From assembly GCA_963745235.1 (NCBI GenBank), contig CAVUXE010000037.1, positions 1-64,000 of the forward strand: a stretch of 64,000 nucleotides of DNA, written 5' to 3'. This document shows positions 20,712-32,000 of the stretch, in pieces (within the stretch, counting starts at the first letter, position 1; every line of letters starts with the position of its first letter). The DNA is from an uncultured Spirochaetota bacterium (GTDB lineage: Bacteria; Spirochaetota; Spirochaetia; SZUA-6; Fen-1364). A model generated the notes under the pieces. That model saw only the letters and a program-made list of their open reading frames with translations. It was not told where the DNA came from and did not search any database. The translations under genes and the position numbers were made by a program.

Positions 20712-22864
20712 ATCGCACCGAGAGATAGCGGCATCTCGCCGGGCAGGCCCCTGCCGTTCGGCGCCACCCCGACTGCGCAGGGAACCCAGTTCGCAGTCTT
20801 CAGCAGACATGCAACAGCAGTGTCGCTCCTGCTCTTCGACGGCCCCCGAGACGCCGCACCGGCAAAGGAGATAGTCCTGGACCCCCGGCTGAACAGGACG
20901 GGGGACGTCTGGCACGTGCACGTGGACGGCGCGGGCCCGGGAAGCCTCTACCTCTACCGGGTGGACGGGCCGTATGAGCCGGAGAAAGGCTTGCGGTTCA
21001 ACCGCAACAAGCTGCTCCTGGATCCTTATGCGAAGGCCGTGACGGGCAACTTCACCTGGCGGCTGGCAGATGCGCGCGGTTTCGATCCGGCCTCCCCGCT
21101 GGCGGACCTTTCCTTTTCCACGACATCAGACATTGCCGGCATGCCCAAGGGCATCGTCGTCTCAGATGAGTTCGATTGGCGCGGGGATCGGCCGCTCAAT
21201 CGCCCCATGCGCTTCAGCGTGATCTACGAGACCCACGTGCGCAGCCTGACCATGCACCCGAGCTCCGGCGTGGCGCATCCAGGCACCTTTCGCGGGGTTG
21301 CAGAGATGATCCCGCATCTGCGGGACCTGGGAGTCACGGCCGTGGAGCTCCTTCCGGTGCAGGAGTTCGACGAGCTGGACAACCCGCATTCCAATCCGCG
21401 CACCGGCGAGCGCCTCCAGGACTACTGGGGCTACAACACGATATCCTTTTTCGCCCCCAAGGCTCGGTACGCGAGCTCCGGCGGGCTGGGGCAGCAGGTC
21501 ACGGAGTTCAAGGAGATGGTCCGGGAGCTGCACCAGGCCGGCATCGAGGTCATCCTGGACATCGTGTTCAACCACACGGCGGAGGGAGACGAGACCGGCC
21601 CCACCCTGTGCTTCCGCGGCTGGGACAACTCCATCTACTACATCCTGGATGAGAGCAATCCGCGGTACTACCGCAACTACAGCGGCACCGGCAACACGCT
21701 CAACTGCAACCATCCCATCATGCGCTCCTTCATCATGGACTGCCTCCACTACTGGGTGGTCGAAATGCACGTGGACGGGTTCCGGTTCGACCTGGGGTCC
21801 GTTCTGGGGAGGGACTCGGAGGGAAGGATCATGGAGAACCCGCCCATCCTGGAGCGCATCGCGGAAGAGCCCGGTCCTCAGGGACACGAAAATCATCGCG
21901 GAGGCGTGGGACGCGGCCGGGGCCTACCAGGTGGGGTCGTTCCCCGGGGGCAGGTGGGCGGAGTGGAACGACCGCTTTCGCGACGATGTGCGCAGGTTCT
22001 GGCGCGGGGACCCGGGCTCCGTCTCCTCGCTTGCCACGCGGATTGCCGGGCAGCTCCGACCTGTACCTGCGTGACGGGCGAAAACCCTTTCACAGCATCA
22101 ACTTCGTCACCTCGCACGACGGGTTCACCCTGAACGACCTGGTGAGCTACGAGAGGAAGCACAACGAGGAAAACGGGGAAGGCAACCGTGACGGATGGGA
22201 CGCGAACTTCAGCGTCAACTACGGCGTGGAAGGACCAACGAACGACCCGGCCATCGAATCGACCCGGAACCGGCAGGTGAAGAACTTCCTCGCTACCCTG
22301 CTCCTTTCCCTGGGCACGCCCATGCTGCTGGGCGGTGACGAGATGCGGCGCACGCAGAGCGGGAACAACAACCCGTGGTGCCAGAACAACGAGATCTCCT
22401 GGTACGACTGGGAGAACCTCACGACGCACGCGGACATTCACGCTTTCTGCCGGGCCCTGATCTCCTTCCGCATGCGGCACCCGGCCTTCCTGCGGCCGGA
22501 GTTCTTCAGCGGAAAGAACTCGCGCCACAACCGCATCCCTGACATCACGTGGCTGACTGAGACGGGGGAGCCCGCGGACTGGGCGCCGGGGCGCCACGCG
22601 CTGTCCCTCCTCATAGACGGCAACAAGGCGGAGATCGCGGCTGACAGGGACGACAACGACATCTGCATCATGTGCAACGCCTCCCCCCGGGATACGCCCT
22701 TCGTGCTTGCCCCCATCCCCCCGGGGAAAGAAGGGTGGTACCGCGCAATCGACACGGCGCTCCCCGCGGGACAGGACATCACCGCACTGGGCCGGGAACA
22801 AAGAGTCCCGCGGGACACATACACGCTTGCCGGGCGTTCCCTGGTGGTGCTGCTGTCAAAGTAG
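20712..22864 (+). CDS. glgX: Glycogen debranching enzyme GlgX, frameshifts at ~21870 and ~22050; start uncertain
   Basis: LLLDPYAK, YWGYNT, DIVFNHT, DGFRFDL, IAEAWD, NFVTSHDGFTL, GTPMLLGGDE spread over three frames. Confidence 0.93.
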
Positions 22865-22918
22865 CCCCGGGGATCGAGTTGACCGTGAACCGCCGCGGGT
22901 ATACGCTCGGTCACTACA

Positions 22919-24919
22919 ATGCTTCGGCGAATCCTGCTCTTCACAGGCGTCACACTCATCGTCATGCTCGTCTTCATCTCATTCGCCACGCGCACTGTCC
23001 TCATGGATGGGTTCTCCACGCTGGAAAAGGGCCTCGTGGAGACGAACCTGGCGCGCGTCCAGAACGCCATTGCGCATGAGATAGGCTCCCTTGGAATGAC
23101 AACGAGCGCGTGGGCGTCGTGGGATGAGACATACCGCTTCGTTGTCCGTCGGAATATGAGCTATGTCGAGTCCAACATCAGAAGCGGGATGTTCAGCAAC
23201 CTGGATCTGGACGTGGTGCTCTTTCTGGATACCCGCGGAGCGCTGATCTACGGAGCGACTGTTGACCCGCTGAAAGGGGTCGGACGGGGAGTCCCCCCCG
23301 GCCTGATGGGCTGGCTCGCCGCGCACCCGCTTCTGACCGGCCACGCGAATACGAGCTCGGGTGCGGAAGGAATCATCCAGCTGCCCGAAGGGCCGATGCT
23401 TGCGGCGGCGCGTCTCATCATCGACCCCCGGCACGCGCACGCCGTCGGTGGGACCCTCCTGATGGGACGATTTCTCGACGACAGGGAGGCGAGTCGTCTT
23501 TCCCGGGGCCTGAAGCTTACCATCAGCTTCCTGCCCCCCAGCCTTGCAGTCGCGGCGCAAGGTCCAACGACAATTGATGATCATCGCACGGACGTCATAA
23601 CGGGGTCCGCAGTGCTGAAAGCCATTGATGGCTCGCCGGCGGTCCTTGTGCGGGTGGAGTTCCCCCGCGACATCCACCGCCAGGCGGAAACCACCGCCCG
23701 GTACTTCATCGCGTGGCTCCTCGTGATAGGCGTCGTCTTCAGCGCGGTGGTGCTCCTTGTCATCCAGGTGACCGTGCTCTCCCGGCTCCACCAGCTCAGC
23801 GCGGGCGTTCTTTCCATTGGCACGGGAAGCCAGCCCGGCAGACGCGTTGCGGTCAAGGGTCGGGACCAGATCGCCTATCTCGGCGCAGCCATCAACGGAA
23901 TGCTGGAGGCGCTGGAGGGCTCCACGGACCAGCTGCGCCGCAGCGAGCAGCGAAACCAGGCCTTTCTTGGTGCGATCCCGGACCTGATCCTGCGCGTGAG
24001 CCGTGACGGGACCATCATCGACGCGAATCTTCCCGCGCAGTATCGCCTCGCCATGCAGACCAGCACGCTGAAGGGTGCCAGGCTCGGGGAGCTTGCGGCG
24101 CGGTATCCCTTTCTTCCGCAAAACCTGTTCGCGGATGGCCCGGAGGCCATCGAACGAGCGTTGACCGAAGGCGCACCCGTGGTCCTCCGGTTGAGCCTTG
24201 ACCCCGGCAGCGGTACGCAGCATTTCCAGGCGAACATAGCGGCAAGCGGAGACGCGGAGGTGATTGTCGTTGTCAGAGAGGTTACCTCGGAGAAGCGCGT
24301 GGAGGAGACGCAGCGCCACGACATACTGGTGAAGGAGATTCACCACCGCGTGAAGAACAACCTCCAGGTGATCTCCAGCCTGCTCAGCCTCCAGGCATCC
24401 GCCGCGCAGGATCCAGAGACGCGCGCCCTGCTGAACGAGAGCCGGGACCGTGTCCGCTCCATGGCTCTCATCCATGAGAAGCTCTTCCGCTCGAGTGACG
24501 GATCCGGCGGCGGCTATGCGCAGTACGTTCGGGACCTCGCGGATCAGCTCCTCAAGTCCTACAAGGGAGACTCCACGGCTGTGGGAATCGACATCGATGT
24601 GGCGGACATCCCGATGGACCTGGACCTGTCGGTCCCCGTCGGGCTGATTGTGAACGAGCTCCTCACCAACGCCCTGGCGCACGCCTTTCCCCCGGGCAGG
24701 CCCGGCCGCATCTCCGTCCGCATGAAACGGACAGCGGATACCCGGCTGGAGCTCTCCGTGACCGATGACGGCGTGGGTTTTCCGCAGGAGATCGACTACA
24801 AGAACCCGACGTCCCTGGGCCTTCGGATCGTCAATATTCTTGTGCAGCAGATCCGCGGGACCATCACACTGGAGAGGAAGTCCGGAACGAGCTTCCGCAT
24901 CACTTTTCCGATCGGCTGA
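22919..24919 (+). CDS. CHASE4-HAMP-PAS-HisKA_2 histidine kinase
   Basis: WASWDETYRF (CHASE4), EIHHRVKNNLQ, NELLTNA, DDGVG, SLGL. Confidence 0.9.
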   Translation: MLRRILLFTGVTLIVMLVFISFATRTVLMDGFSTLEKGLVETNLARVQNAIAHEIGSLGMTTSAWASWDETYRFVVRRNMSYVESNIRSGMFSNLDLDVVLFLDTRGALIYGATVDPLKGVGRGVPPGLMGWLAAHPLLTGHANTSSGAEGIIQLPEGPMLAAARLIIDPRHAHAVGGTLLMGRFLDDREASRLSRGLKLTISFLPPSLAVAAQGPTTIDDHRTDVITGSAVLKAIDGSPAVLVRVEFPRDIHRQAETTARYFIAWLLVIGVVFSAVVLLVIQVTVLSRLHQLSAGVLSIGTGSQPGRRVAVKGRDQIAYLGAAINGMLEALEGSTDQLRRSEQRNQAFLGAIPDLILRVSRDGTIIDANLPAQYRLAMQTSTLKGARLGELAARYPFLPQNLFADGPEAIERALTEGAPVVLRLSLDPGSGTQHFQANIAASGDAEVIVVVREVTSEKRVEETQRHDILVKEIHHRVKNNLQVISSLLSLQASAAQDPETRALLNESRDRVRSMALIHEKLFRSSDGSGGGYAQYVRDLADQLLKSYKGDSTAVGIDIDVADIPMDLDLSVPVGLIVNELLTNALAHAFPPGRPGRISVRMKRTADTRLELSVTDDGVGFPQEIDYKNPTSLGLRIVNILVQQIRGTITLERKSGTSFRITFPIG

Positions 24920-24928
24920 TCCCGGCCT

Positions 24929-26470
24929 TCACTCTCTTTCCAGGGCCAGCACGGACACGTCGTCCAGGAGCGGATCCCCTCCGCGCCAGTGCATGATTTC
25001 TTCCTTGATGCCGCCAATCGCATCCTTGAGGCTCTTCCTGCGGCCGGAAGAGATGCACTGGATGAGTCGCTCCGAGGAAAAGCGCTGGCCCACCCCGTTG
25101 GTGCATTCGAGGAGGCCGTCCGAGTACAGGAAGAGCCTGTCGTTCTTCCCGAGCACAATCTCCTCTGTCGGGAGGTCCGCGCCGGGGAAGAGCCCGACGG
25201 CCTGGCCATCCGGCTTCAGCAGCCGCACGGTCCCGTCCGCGCTCTGGTGCACGGGGTAGGGATGTCCCGCGCGGATGATTGACGTTTTCCCCGTGGCCGT
25301 TTCAATCACGCCATAGGCCAGGGTGAAGTACGGGTTGGCATCCTCCTTGAGGAAGAATCTCCTGCTCAAGGCCCGGGCCACTTCGGCGGGAGCCAGGATC
25401 CGTCTGCCCGGCTCTTCGCACAGCTTCTCCACCAGGATGCCGCCCCTGTCGAAGTGCGGGTTGAGAAATGTTCTCAGGATGAGAGAAAACAAGGCTGACA
25501 GGAGACCATCCCCCAGCACGTCCAGGGCATAGAAACCGGCGTGGCTGTCGTCCAGGGGCATGTAGCCAATGGCATCCCCTCCCCCGAATGACGCCGGAAG
25601 AAAGAGCCATTCGAATCCCAGCCCCCGGACCATCGGCTCTCCGGAAGGAAGCGAGCTCTTCTGCAGCCGAGAAATCTCCTCCAGCTCCCGCAGCACGCGC
25701 CCCTGGATCTGTTCCTTCTCACCGGTCTTTCGAAGCACGTAGAGGATTCCGAAAAGCGTTCCCTCGGGGCTCCGCAGGGGGGAGGCGGTGAACTCCACGA
25801 GATATTCCCGGCCTTCACCGGCAACCAGGCAGCAATTTCCGCGCATCGTGCTGCGGCCCTCGAGGAGGGGCTCGGTCACGGGGAAAGGCAGCGGCGCGCG
25901 GGTCTCCGAATCCAGGAGAGACACTACGTCTCGCATGCGCATCTCCCGGACCTCGCCAAGGTTCCTGCCGATGAGCGCTTCCGCGGCCGGGTTGATGAAC
26001 TTGACATACCCCTTGGCATCGCAGATGAGCACCGCCTCGGTCATGCTTTCCGCGAGCGCAGACATCCACAACCCGCTCTCACGGGCCTGGAGGAGGCGGC
26101 GGTGTTTTGCCAGGGACATCTCGATGATGGCGTGGAGGCTCTTTTCCTCGAACGGCTTCAGAACGTAGCCGTAGGGGTCCGTGCCCTGGGCGAGCGCGAG
26201 GGTCTCCTCGTCGGAAAAGGCGGTGAGATAGACAACCGGCACGTCCAGGCGGCCGCGGATCTTTCGCGCCGCCTCGATGCCATTCAAGGCCCCGGTGAGC
26301 TTGATGTCCATCAGGACGAGGTCCGGCTCGGTCTCCAGGAGCTTGTCCACGGCTTCCTCCCCGGTGAGAGCGATGAGCGGCACCGCGTATCCCATGCTCT
26401 CCAGGGACTCCCGGATCTGGAGCGCGACGACCCCCTCGTCTTCCACGATCATGATCCGCGCTGTGCTCAT
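24929..26470 (-). CDS. REC-PAS-SpoIIE (PP2C) phosphatase
   Basis: IMIVEDE, LMDI, YVLKPF; DVLGDG, RAGHP, LYSDGL, DDVS. Confidence 0.88.
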   Translation of the reverse strand: MSTARIMIVEDEGVVALQIRESLESMGYAVPLIALTGEEAVDKLLETEPDLVLMDIKLTGALNGIEAARKIRGRLDVPVVYLTAFSDEETLALAQGTDPYGYVLKPFEEKSLHAIIEMSLAKHRRLLQARESGLWMSALAESMTEAVLICDAKGYVKFINPAAEALIGRNLGEVREMRMRDVVSLLDSETRAPLPFPVTEPLLEGRSTMRGNCCLVAGEGREYLVEFTASPLRSPEGTLFGILYVLRKTGEKEQIQGRVLRELEEISRLQKSSLPSGEPMVRGLGFEWLFLPASFGGGDAIGYMPLDDSHAGFYALDVLGDGLLSALFSLILRTFLNPHFDRGGILVEKLCEEPGRRILAPAEVARALSRRFFLKEDANPYFTLAYGVIETATGKTSIIRAGHPYPVHQSADGTVRLLKPDGQAVGLFPGADLPTEEIVLGKNDRLFLYSDGLLECTNGVGQRFSSERLIQCISSGRRKSLKDAIGGIKEEIMHWRGGDPLLDDVSVLALERE

Positions 26471-26478
26471 GTGTGCCC

Positions 26479-27728
26479 CTATTTCCTGATGTCCCCGTTG
26501 CCGCGCAGGACCCACTTGTAGGTCGTGAGCTCTTTCAGCCCCATGGGTCCGCGCGCGTGAAGCTTGTCCGTGCTGATGCCGATCTCCGCTCCCAGGCCGA
26601 AGATGCCCCCGTCATTCAGGCGGGTGGAGGCGTTCACCGTGACGACCGCTGAATCCACCATGCCCACGAACCGCTCTATTGCCGCGGCGTCCCGGGAGAG
26701 GATCCCGTCGGTGTGACTCGACCCGTACTTCTCGATATGAGCAGCCGCCTCCTCCAGGCCGCCGACAACCTTCACCGTCAGGATCAGGTCCAGGTACTCG
26801 GCGTACCAGTCTTCCTCCCGGGCGGCAGCGATGCCGGGGAGAATGGCGAGGGATTTCGCGTCGCCGCGAAGCTCCACGTTCGGCATTTTCTCACGCACCA
26901 TGGGGAGAAACCTGCCTGCCACCGCCTGGTGCACAAGCAGCTTTTCCAGCGCGTTGCACGTGCCCGGCCGCTGGACCTTGGAGTTCGTCACCACCTCGGC
27001 GGCCATGGCCAGATCAGCCGTTTCATCCACGTAGAGATGGCAGACCCCCTTGTAGTGCTTGATCACCGGGACGGTGGCCTTCTCCGCGACCCGGCGGATG
27101 AGGGACTCCCCGCCGCGCGGAATGGCGAGGTCCACGAGGCCTGACTGCGACACGAGCTCGTCAATTGCCTCGTGCTCGGTCCTCTCGACGTATTGCACGG
27201 CCTCCCCGTCCACGCCAGCGGAAGCAAGGCCCTTGCGGACCAGGCGGACAAGCGCCGCGCTGGATTCCACGGCCTCGCTTCCGCCGCGCAGGATGACCGC
27301 GTTGCCGGATTTCAGGCACAGCGCGGCCGCATCCACGGTCACGTTCGGCCGGGATTCATAGATCATCGCGATGACGCCGATTGGCGTGCGGACCTTTTCC
27401 AGCACAAAGCCGGAAGGCCTGCGGACCCCGATGACCTCCCCCACCGGGTCCTCGAAGGCCGCAATCTCCCTGAGGCTCCCGATCATTTCGTCGATGCGCT
27501 TGTCCGTGAGGGCAAGCCTGTCCAGGAAGGCCGGGGCAGCCCGGCGTCCTTCCCGCGCGCAACGTCCCGCGCGTTGGCGTCCTTGACCTCCCCGCGGCTT
27601 TCGTCGATGGACCTCGCCATGGCAAGAATGGCCCGGTTCTTGGTCTCCGCGCTCAGGCCGCGCAGGGACACCGACGCCCGCTTCGCTGCCCCGGCGCAGC
27701 CGCGAACGTATTCCTTCAAGTCCGCCAT
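26479..27728 (-). CDS. proA: Gamma-glutamyl phosphate reductase, frameshift at ~27535
   Basis: PIGVIAMIYESRPNVT, CNALE, FGLGAEIGIST.KLHARGPMGL. Confidence 0.95.
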
Positions 27729-27729
27729 A

Positions 27730-28887
27730 TCACTGCTCCTCGCGGTCCACCACGACAAGGTTGTCCCGGTGGACCACCTCATCGAACACCGCTTCCGCGC
27801 CCAGGACCTCGGGAATCTTCCGTGTATTGAGGCCGCGGATCTTCTCGAGCTCCTCGCTGGAGAAATTGCACAGGCCTCGGGCCAGCTCGCGTCCCTGCTC
27901 ATCCTGGATGGCGATGACGCTGCCCATTGCGAAGGTGCCCTTGATCCCCTTCACCCCTGCGGGAAGGAGGGACCTGCCCTGGCGCAGGATGGCTTTCTTG
28001 GCCCCGCCATCAATGACAACGGCTCCCTCGGTCTGCGGGTTGAACGCCATCCACTTCTTGCGCCCCTTTATCCTTCGCCGGGCGGGCACGAAGAAGGTCC
28101 CGATCTCATCCCCGGCAAGCATCCTGTCCAGCTTCACCCCCGCGCCGCGCGCAATCACCACTGCCGTGCCGCTGCGGGTGGCAATGTCCGCCGCCCTGAT
28201 CTTTGACTCCATGCCACCGGAGGAGAAGTCCGAGCCCTTGCCCCGGGCCCCGGCAAGCACCGTGTCCGTCACCCGCGAAACAGTGCGCAGGACCGAAGCG
28301 TCGGGGTGCCCCCGGGGATTTCTGTCGTAGACGCCGTCCGTGTCCGTGAGGATCACAAGGAGGTCCGCGTCCAGCATTGTCGCGAGGTGCGCGGAGATGA
28401 TGTCGTTGTCCCCGAAGCGGATCTCCGCGAACGACACCGTGTCATTCTCGTTCACAATGGGCACCACTCCGAAGGACCATAACGTGAAAATGGTGTTGCG
28501 GATGTTCAGGTAGCGCGCCCGGGTCCGTATGTCCTCGTAGGTGAGGAGGATCTGGGCCGTTTCGCGCCGCACGGCCGCGAACTCGTGCTCATAGGCGTGC
28601 ATCAGCCTGCTTTGCCCCATGGCCGCCGCCGCCTGGAGGAAAGTGATTGCGCTGGGCCGGCTCGCCATGCCCATCTGGCGCAGCCCCAGGGCGATGGCGC
28701 CGGAGCTCACAAGGATGAAGGAGCGCGCATCCGGCGCTCCCGGTTGCCCGGAAAGCTGGGCGATCTGCCGAACGAGGGAGCCCATCACTCCCGAAGAGAA
28801 TGCGTTGTCTCCTTCCGTGGCCACGCTGGTGCCCACCTTGATGACGATGCGGCGGGCCTGCGTGACGGTTTCCCGGGTTCCTGTCAT
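27730..28887 (-). CDS. proB: Glutamate 5-kinase with PUA domain
   Basis: IVIKVGTS, VSSGA, NENDTV, FGDND, GGMESK. Confidence 0.95.
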   Translation of the reverse strand: MTGTRETVTQARRIVIKVGTSVATEGDNAFSSGVMGSLVRQIAQLSGQPGAPDARSFILVSSGAIALGLRQMGMASRPSAITFLQAAAAMGQSRLMHAYEHEFAAVRRETAQILLTYEDIRTRARYLNIRNTIFTLWSFGVVPIVNENDTVSFAEIRFGDNDIISAHLATMLDADLLVILTDTDGVYDRNPRGHPDASVLRTVSRVTDTVLAGARGKGSDFSSGGMESKIRAADIATRSGTAVVIARGAGVKLDRMLAGDEIGTFFVPARRRIKGRKKWMAFNPQTEGAVVIDGGAKKAILRQGRSLLPAGVKGIKGTFAMGSVIAIQDEQGRELARGLCNFSSEELEKIRGLNTRKIPEVLGAEAVFDEVVHRDNLVVVDREEQ

Positions 28888-28943
28888 GGCGCAATTGGAG
28901 GCAGAGTATAGCACAATCGCTCAGCGCGGGTATACTCACGCCC

Positions 28944-29630
28944 ATGCGGTCTCTCCTCCTGAACGGGGCAGGGCTGGCGGCGTCCGCCGCATTTGTCTTC
29001 CTGGTGATCGCGGGCGCCGCGGGGCTTCACCGCAAGGGACTCGCGGGCCCGCGGACAGCGCGCAAGCTGATCCATATCGCGCTTGCCAACTGGTGGTTCA
29101 TCGCCGTGGCAATGTTCGACGATCCGTGGGCAGCCTCCGCCGGTCCGGCCTGCAGTCTTCTGGCGGCCGTGCTTGCCCCGCGGCTTCGGCTCTTCCCGGC
29201 AGACGACGGGGCCGCCGGAACCCTGGACCGGGGGACCATTTGCTACTCAGCGGCGCTCCTGGTCCTCGTCAACCTTTCCTGGCGCGGGCTGATCCCGGTC
29301 CGAGCGGCAACAATCGGTGTTCTTGTCATGGGATGGGGAGACGGCCTGGCCGGTCTCCTGGGGATGAAGCTCGGGACACGGGGCATCCTTGTCTGGGGGC
29401 GGAGAAAGACCGCGCAGGGCACGGCTGTCATGTTCCTGGCCTCCTTTGCCGCCTGCTTCCTCATTGCCGTGGCCTGGGGACCCCGAGGTTCCGCCCTCTT
29501 TCCGGCCGCCCTGATCTCTCTTTCAACCGCGGCTGTCGCCACTGCTCTCGAGTTGTTCACCCCCGGGGGTCTCGACAACCTGACCATCCCGCTCGGAGTC
29601 GCGCTTTTCAACGCGGGGGCGTTCGCGTGA
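28944..29630 (+). CDS. Phytol/dolichol kinase family membrane protein (CTP-dependent)
   Basis: RKLIHI, MGWGDGLAGLLG, RKTAQG, LDNLTIP. Confidence 0.82.
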   Translation: MRSLLLNGAGLAASAAFVFLVIAGAAGLHRKGLAGPRTARKLIHIALANWWFIAVAMFDDPWAASAGPACSLLAAVLAPRLRLFPADDGAAGTLDRGTICYSAALLVLVNLSWRGLIPVRAATIGVLVMGWGDGLAGLLGMKLGTRGILVWGRRKTAQGTAVMFLASFAACFLIAVAWGPRGSALFPAALISLSTAAVATALELFTPGGLDNLTIPLGVALFNAGAFA

Positions 29631-30484
29631 TCGCGTTCCTGCTGACCCCGCTCCCTCCCCTTGTGCTTTTTGTCATCGGAGCTCCCGTGAATTGCGTTGC
29701 CGCGTTCGCATCGTTCTGGAGGAGGTCGTTGGATGCAGGCGGTGCCGCGGCGGGGGCCGCGCTGGGAACCGTCATCTTCGCGGCCGCCGGGCCGTTTCTC
29801 TGGCTGCTCATGGCGGCCTTCGTGATTTCGTCCTCTGCGTTTACCAGGTTTCGTTCCTCCCAGAAGGAGTGGCTCGCTTCCATCCAGGAAAAGGGCGGCC
29901 GGCGCGACACGATGCAGGTCTTGGCAAACGGCGGAATCGGCCTGGTCATGGCGTTGCTCCTGCGCGTGACCCGGGAACCGGCATTCGCCGTTGCGTTGGC
30001 CGCCGCCTTTGCCTCCGCCACCGCGGACACGTGGGCAAGTGAGATCGGCGTGCTCTCCCGACGACAGCCCGTATCCCCCGTCACTTTCCGCCCCGTTTCC
30101 CGCGGGGTGTCAGGGGGAGTGACGCTGCTCGGGCTTGGGGCCTCGTTTCTGGGGGCAGTCTTCGTTGGCCTCATCTTTGCCGTGGAGAACGTACGCGAGA
30201 CCCACGGCCTGGGGAGCTTCGCTGTCTTGCTCTTTATCACCGCGGGAAGCGGCGTGCTCGGATCTTTGTTCGACAGCATCCTCGGAACCACCCTGCAGGC
30301 ACAGTACACAACAGGCGCGCGCGGGGAGAACGGCGTGCGGACCGAGCACCGGACCACCGACGGCGTGCGAAATACCCTCGTTCAGGGCGTTGCCTTTGTC
30401 ACGAACGATGTCGTGAACCTCCTCAGCACGGCCTTTGCGGCCGCATGTGGAGCTCTGCTTTTCGTTTCCCTGCCGATCTCGTGA
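29627..30484 (+). CDS. DUF92 (TMEM19/VTE6-like) membrane protein
   Basis: GGRRDTMQVLANG, ADTWASEIG, SGGVTLLG, DSILG, TNDVVN; GTGA overlap with the upstream gene. Confidence 0.85.
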   Translation: MIAFLLTPLPPLVLFVIGAPVNCVAAFASFWRRSLDAGGAAAGAALGTVIFAAAGPFLWLLMAAFVISSSAFTRFRSSQKEWLASIQEKGGRRDTMQVLANGGIGLVMALLLRVTREPAFAVALAAAFASATADTWASEIGVLSRRQPVSPVTFRPVSRGVSGGVTLLGLGASFLGAVFVGLIFAVENVRETHGLGSFAVLLFITAGSGVLGSLFDSILGTTLQAQYTTGARGENGVRTEHRTTDGVRNTLVQGVAFVTNDVVNLLSTAFAAACGALLFVSLPIS

Positions 30485-30582
30485 CCGGCGCGCCTGGCCG
30501 CGGCTGAGCGTTCCCGCTATGCGGCTTCTTGAATCGCCACGGGACCCTGGATACCATCATGGCCAGGGAGGAGCTTGGGATA

Positions 30583-31140
30583 GTGAGCTTCAAGAAGTGC
30601 ATCTCAATCCTTGTAATTGCCCTGGCCGCAACATCCGGCCTGAGTGCCCAATACTTCGAACATCCGCGTTCCCTCTATCTCGAGGCCGGCGTTGGGTTCT
30701 TCCCCTACCTGACCTATGGTTCCGCCGTGGATGCTTCCCTCAAGAGCGCCGGGACTTCCCGTTTCCAACTTGCTGTGGATGCTCATGCGGGCTGGCCGCT
30801 GACAAGAAGGCTGCTTGTCGTTGGTGGTTATGATGGAGTCCTGGACGAAATATTTGAAAACGGCACATATACCAATCAGATATCGTCTTCCCTTTTTTCC
30901 CTGGGATTCAGGATATATCCGCTGGGCGCGGGATTGGTCATGGGCGCTGACGCAGGATTGTCAGAATTGGACGGTTTCGTCGCCCTGGGTTATGGTTTTG
31001 CGGGCACGGTAGCGTGGGACTTCTCTCCCCTGGGATTGAACGTTGAAGTCGGGGCAAGAACCCTTTACCTCAGTTTCAACTACGCAAATCCGCAGTCCAT
31101 GTTTGTTGTCATGCCGTTCATTTGCCTTGTTTTTGGATAG
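30583..31140 (+). CDS. Hypothetical exported protein, small outer-membrane beta-barrel-like
   Basis: Signal peptide, alternating aromatic/Gly strands, near-terminal Phe; GGAGGAG upstream of GTG. Confidence 0.55.
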   Translation: MSFKKCISILVIALAATSGLSAQYFEHPRSLYLEAGVGFFPYLTYGSAVDASLKSAGTSRFQLAVDAHAGWPLTRRLLVVGGYDGVLDEIFENGTYTNQISSSLFSLGFRIYPLGAGLVMGADAGLSELDGFVALGYGFAGTVAWDFSPLGLNVEVGARTLYLSFNYANPQSMFVVMPFICLVFG

Positions 31141-31150
31141 TGGAGAAGCC

Positions 31151-31816
31151 CTACGGGGCGTTCACCGCTCTGATCTCGACAACGTCCTGGTCCTGGTCGG
31201 TCACGGTCCTGTCCAGGATTCTGCCTGTGTTTCGTCCAAGATGTTTTTCGGACGCGGCGATCATTGCGGGAAACACACGCCTGAGATCGTGACTGCTTCC
31301 AAGGCTTGTTATTTCCATTCTCCAAAGTTCGACAACCTGTTGGTCTTCCTTGTACTTCACGAGGTCAACGGCAGAGAGAGAAATGTAGCGGCAATTTCCG
31401 TGATCTTGCGAGGTGCGGGTTCCCCATGTTCCATAGGCACGGATGTTGTCAGGAGGAGTCAGCGATGAAGACTCTGGCTGGTCGGAATCCGGCAGCCAGA
31501 ATGTGTACGTATGCTCCTGGGGGCTACCGATCCCACAGTAGAGAAATATCGCTTCCGTGGCATCATCAACCTCGCTGGCCTTCTGATACCCCGCTTTGCC
31601 GAGAGCGTGGTCAACGTATCTCGCATACTCTGTAAACTCGAGATCGTTCAGACTGACGCTGCTGTCTGACGGCAAGAGCAAATACCGATGATCCACCGCA
31701 CCTGGGTCCGACCTGGCAAGGCCGTTCATTTCGACGTCGTAACGGGATGGTGCTGTCATGCACCCGAACAGGAGCATGGTGGAGGCTGCCAGGGCAGCGG
31801 GAAGGAATGTCCTCAT
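31151..31816 (-). CDS. Putative lipoprotein (DUF4136-like)
   Basis: Lipobox LLFGC; GGAGG RBS. Confidence 0.6.
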   Translation of the reverse strand: MRTFLPAALAASTMLLFGCMTAPSRYDVEMNGLARSDPGAVDHRYLLLPSDSSVSLNDLEFTEYARYVDHALGKAGYQKASEVDDATEAIFLYCGIGSPQEHTYTFWLPDSDQPESSSLTPPDNIRAYGTWGTRTSQDHGNCRYISLSAVDLVKYKEDQQVVELWRMEITSLGSSHDLRRVFPAMIAASEKHLGRNTGRILDRTVTDQDQDVVEIRAVNAP

Positions 31817-31856
31817 TTTGACCTCCGCAAAGATACGCGTCGTACGCAGGGAGAAT

Positions 31857-31930
31857 TGGGCCCACAGGGACTTGAACCCCGGACCAACGGATTATGAGTC
31901 CGCCGCTCTAACCAGCTGAGCTATGGGCCC
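31857..31930 (-). tRNA. tRNA with CAT anticodon, most likely tRNA-Ile2 (lysidine type)
   Basis: GGGCCCATAGCTCAG...GACTCATAATC...GGTTCAAGTCC...TGGGCCCA cloverleaf; fully paired acceptor stem, so not initiator. Confidence 0.9.
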
Positions 31931-32000
31931 CGGGGCTATACCGTAACGAAATGCCAGCAAGAGTCAAGCACAGACAGGATCTCCCTGGATCAAAAGGTGA

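Noticed and set aside
31857-31930. Initiator tRNA-fMet
   Set aside because: The first base pair is matched and the anticodon stem lacks three consecutive G-C pairs; elongator Met is not fully excluded
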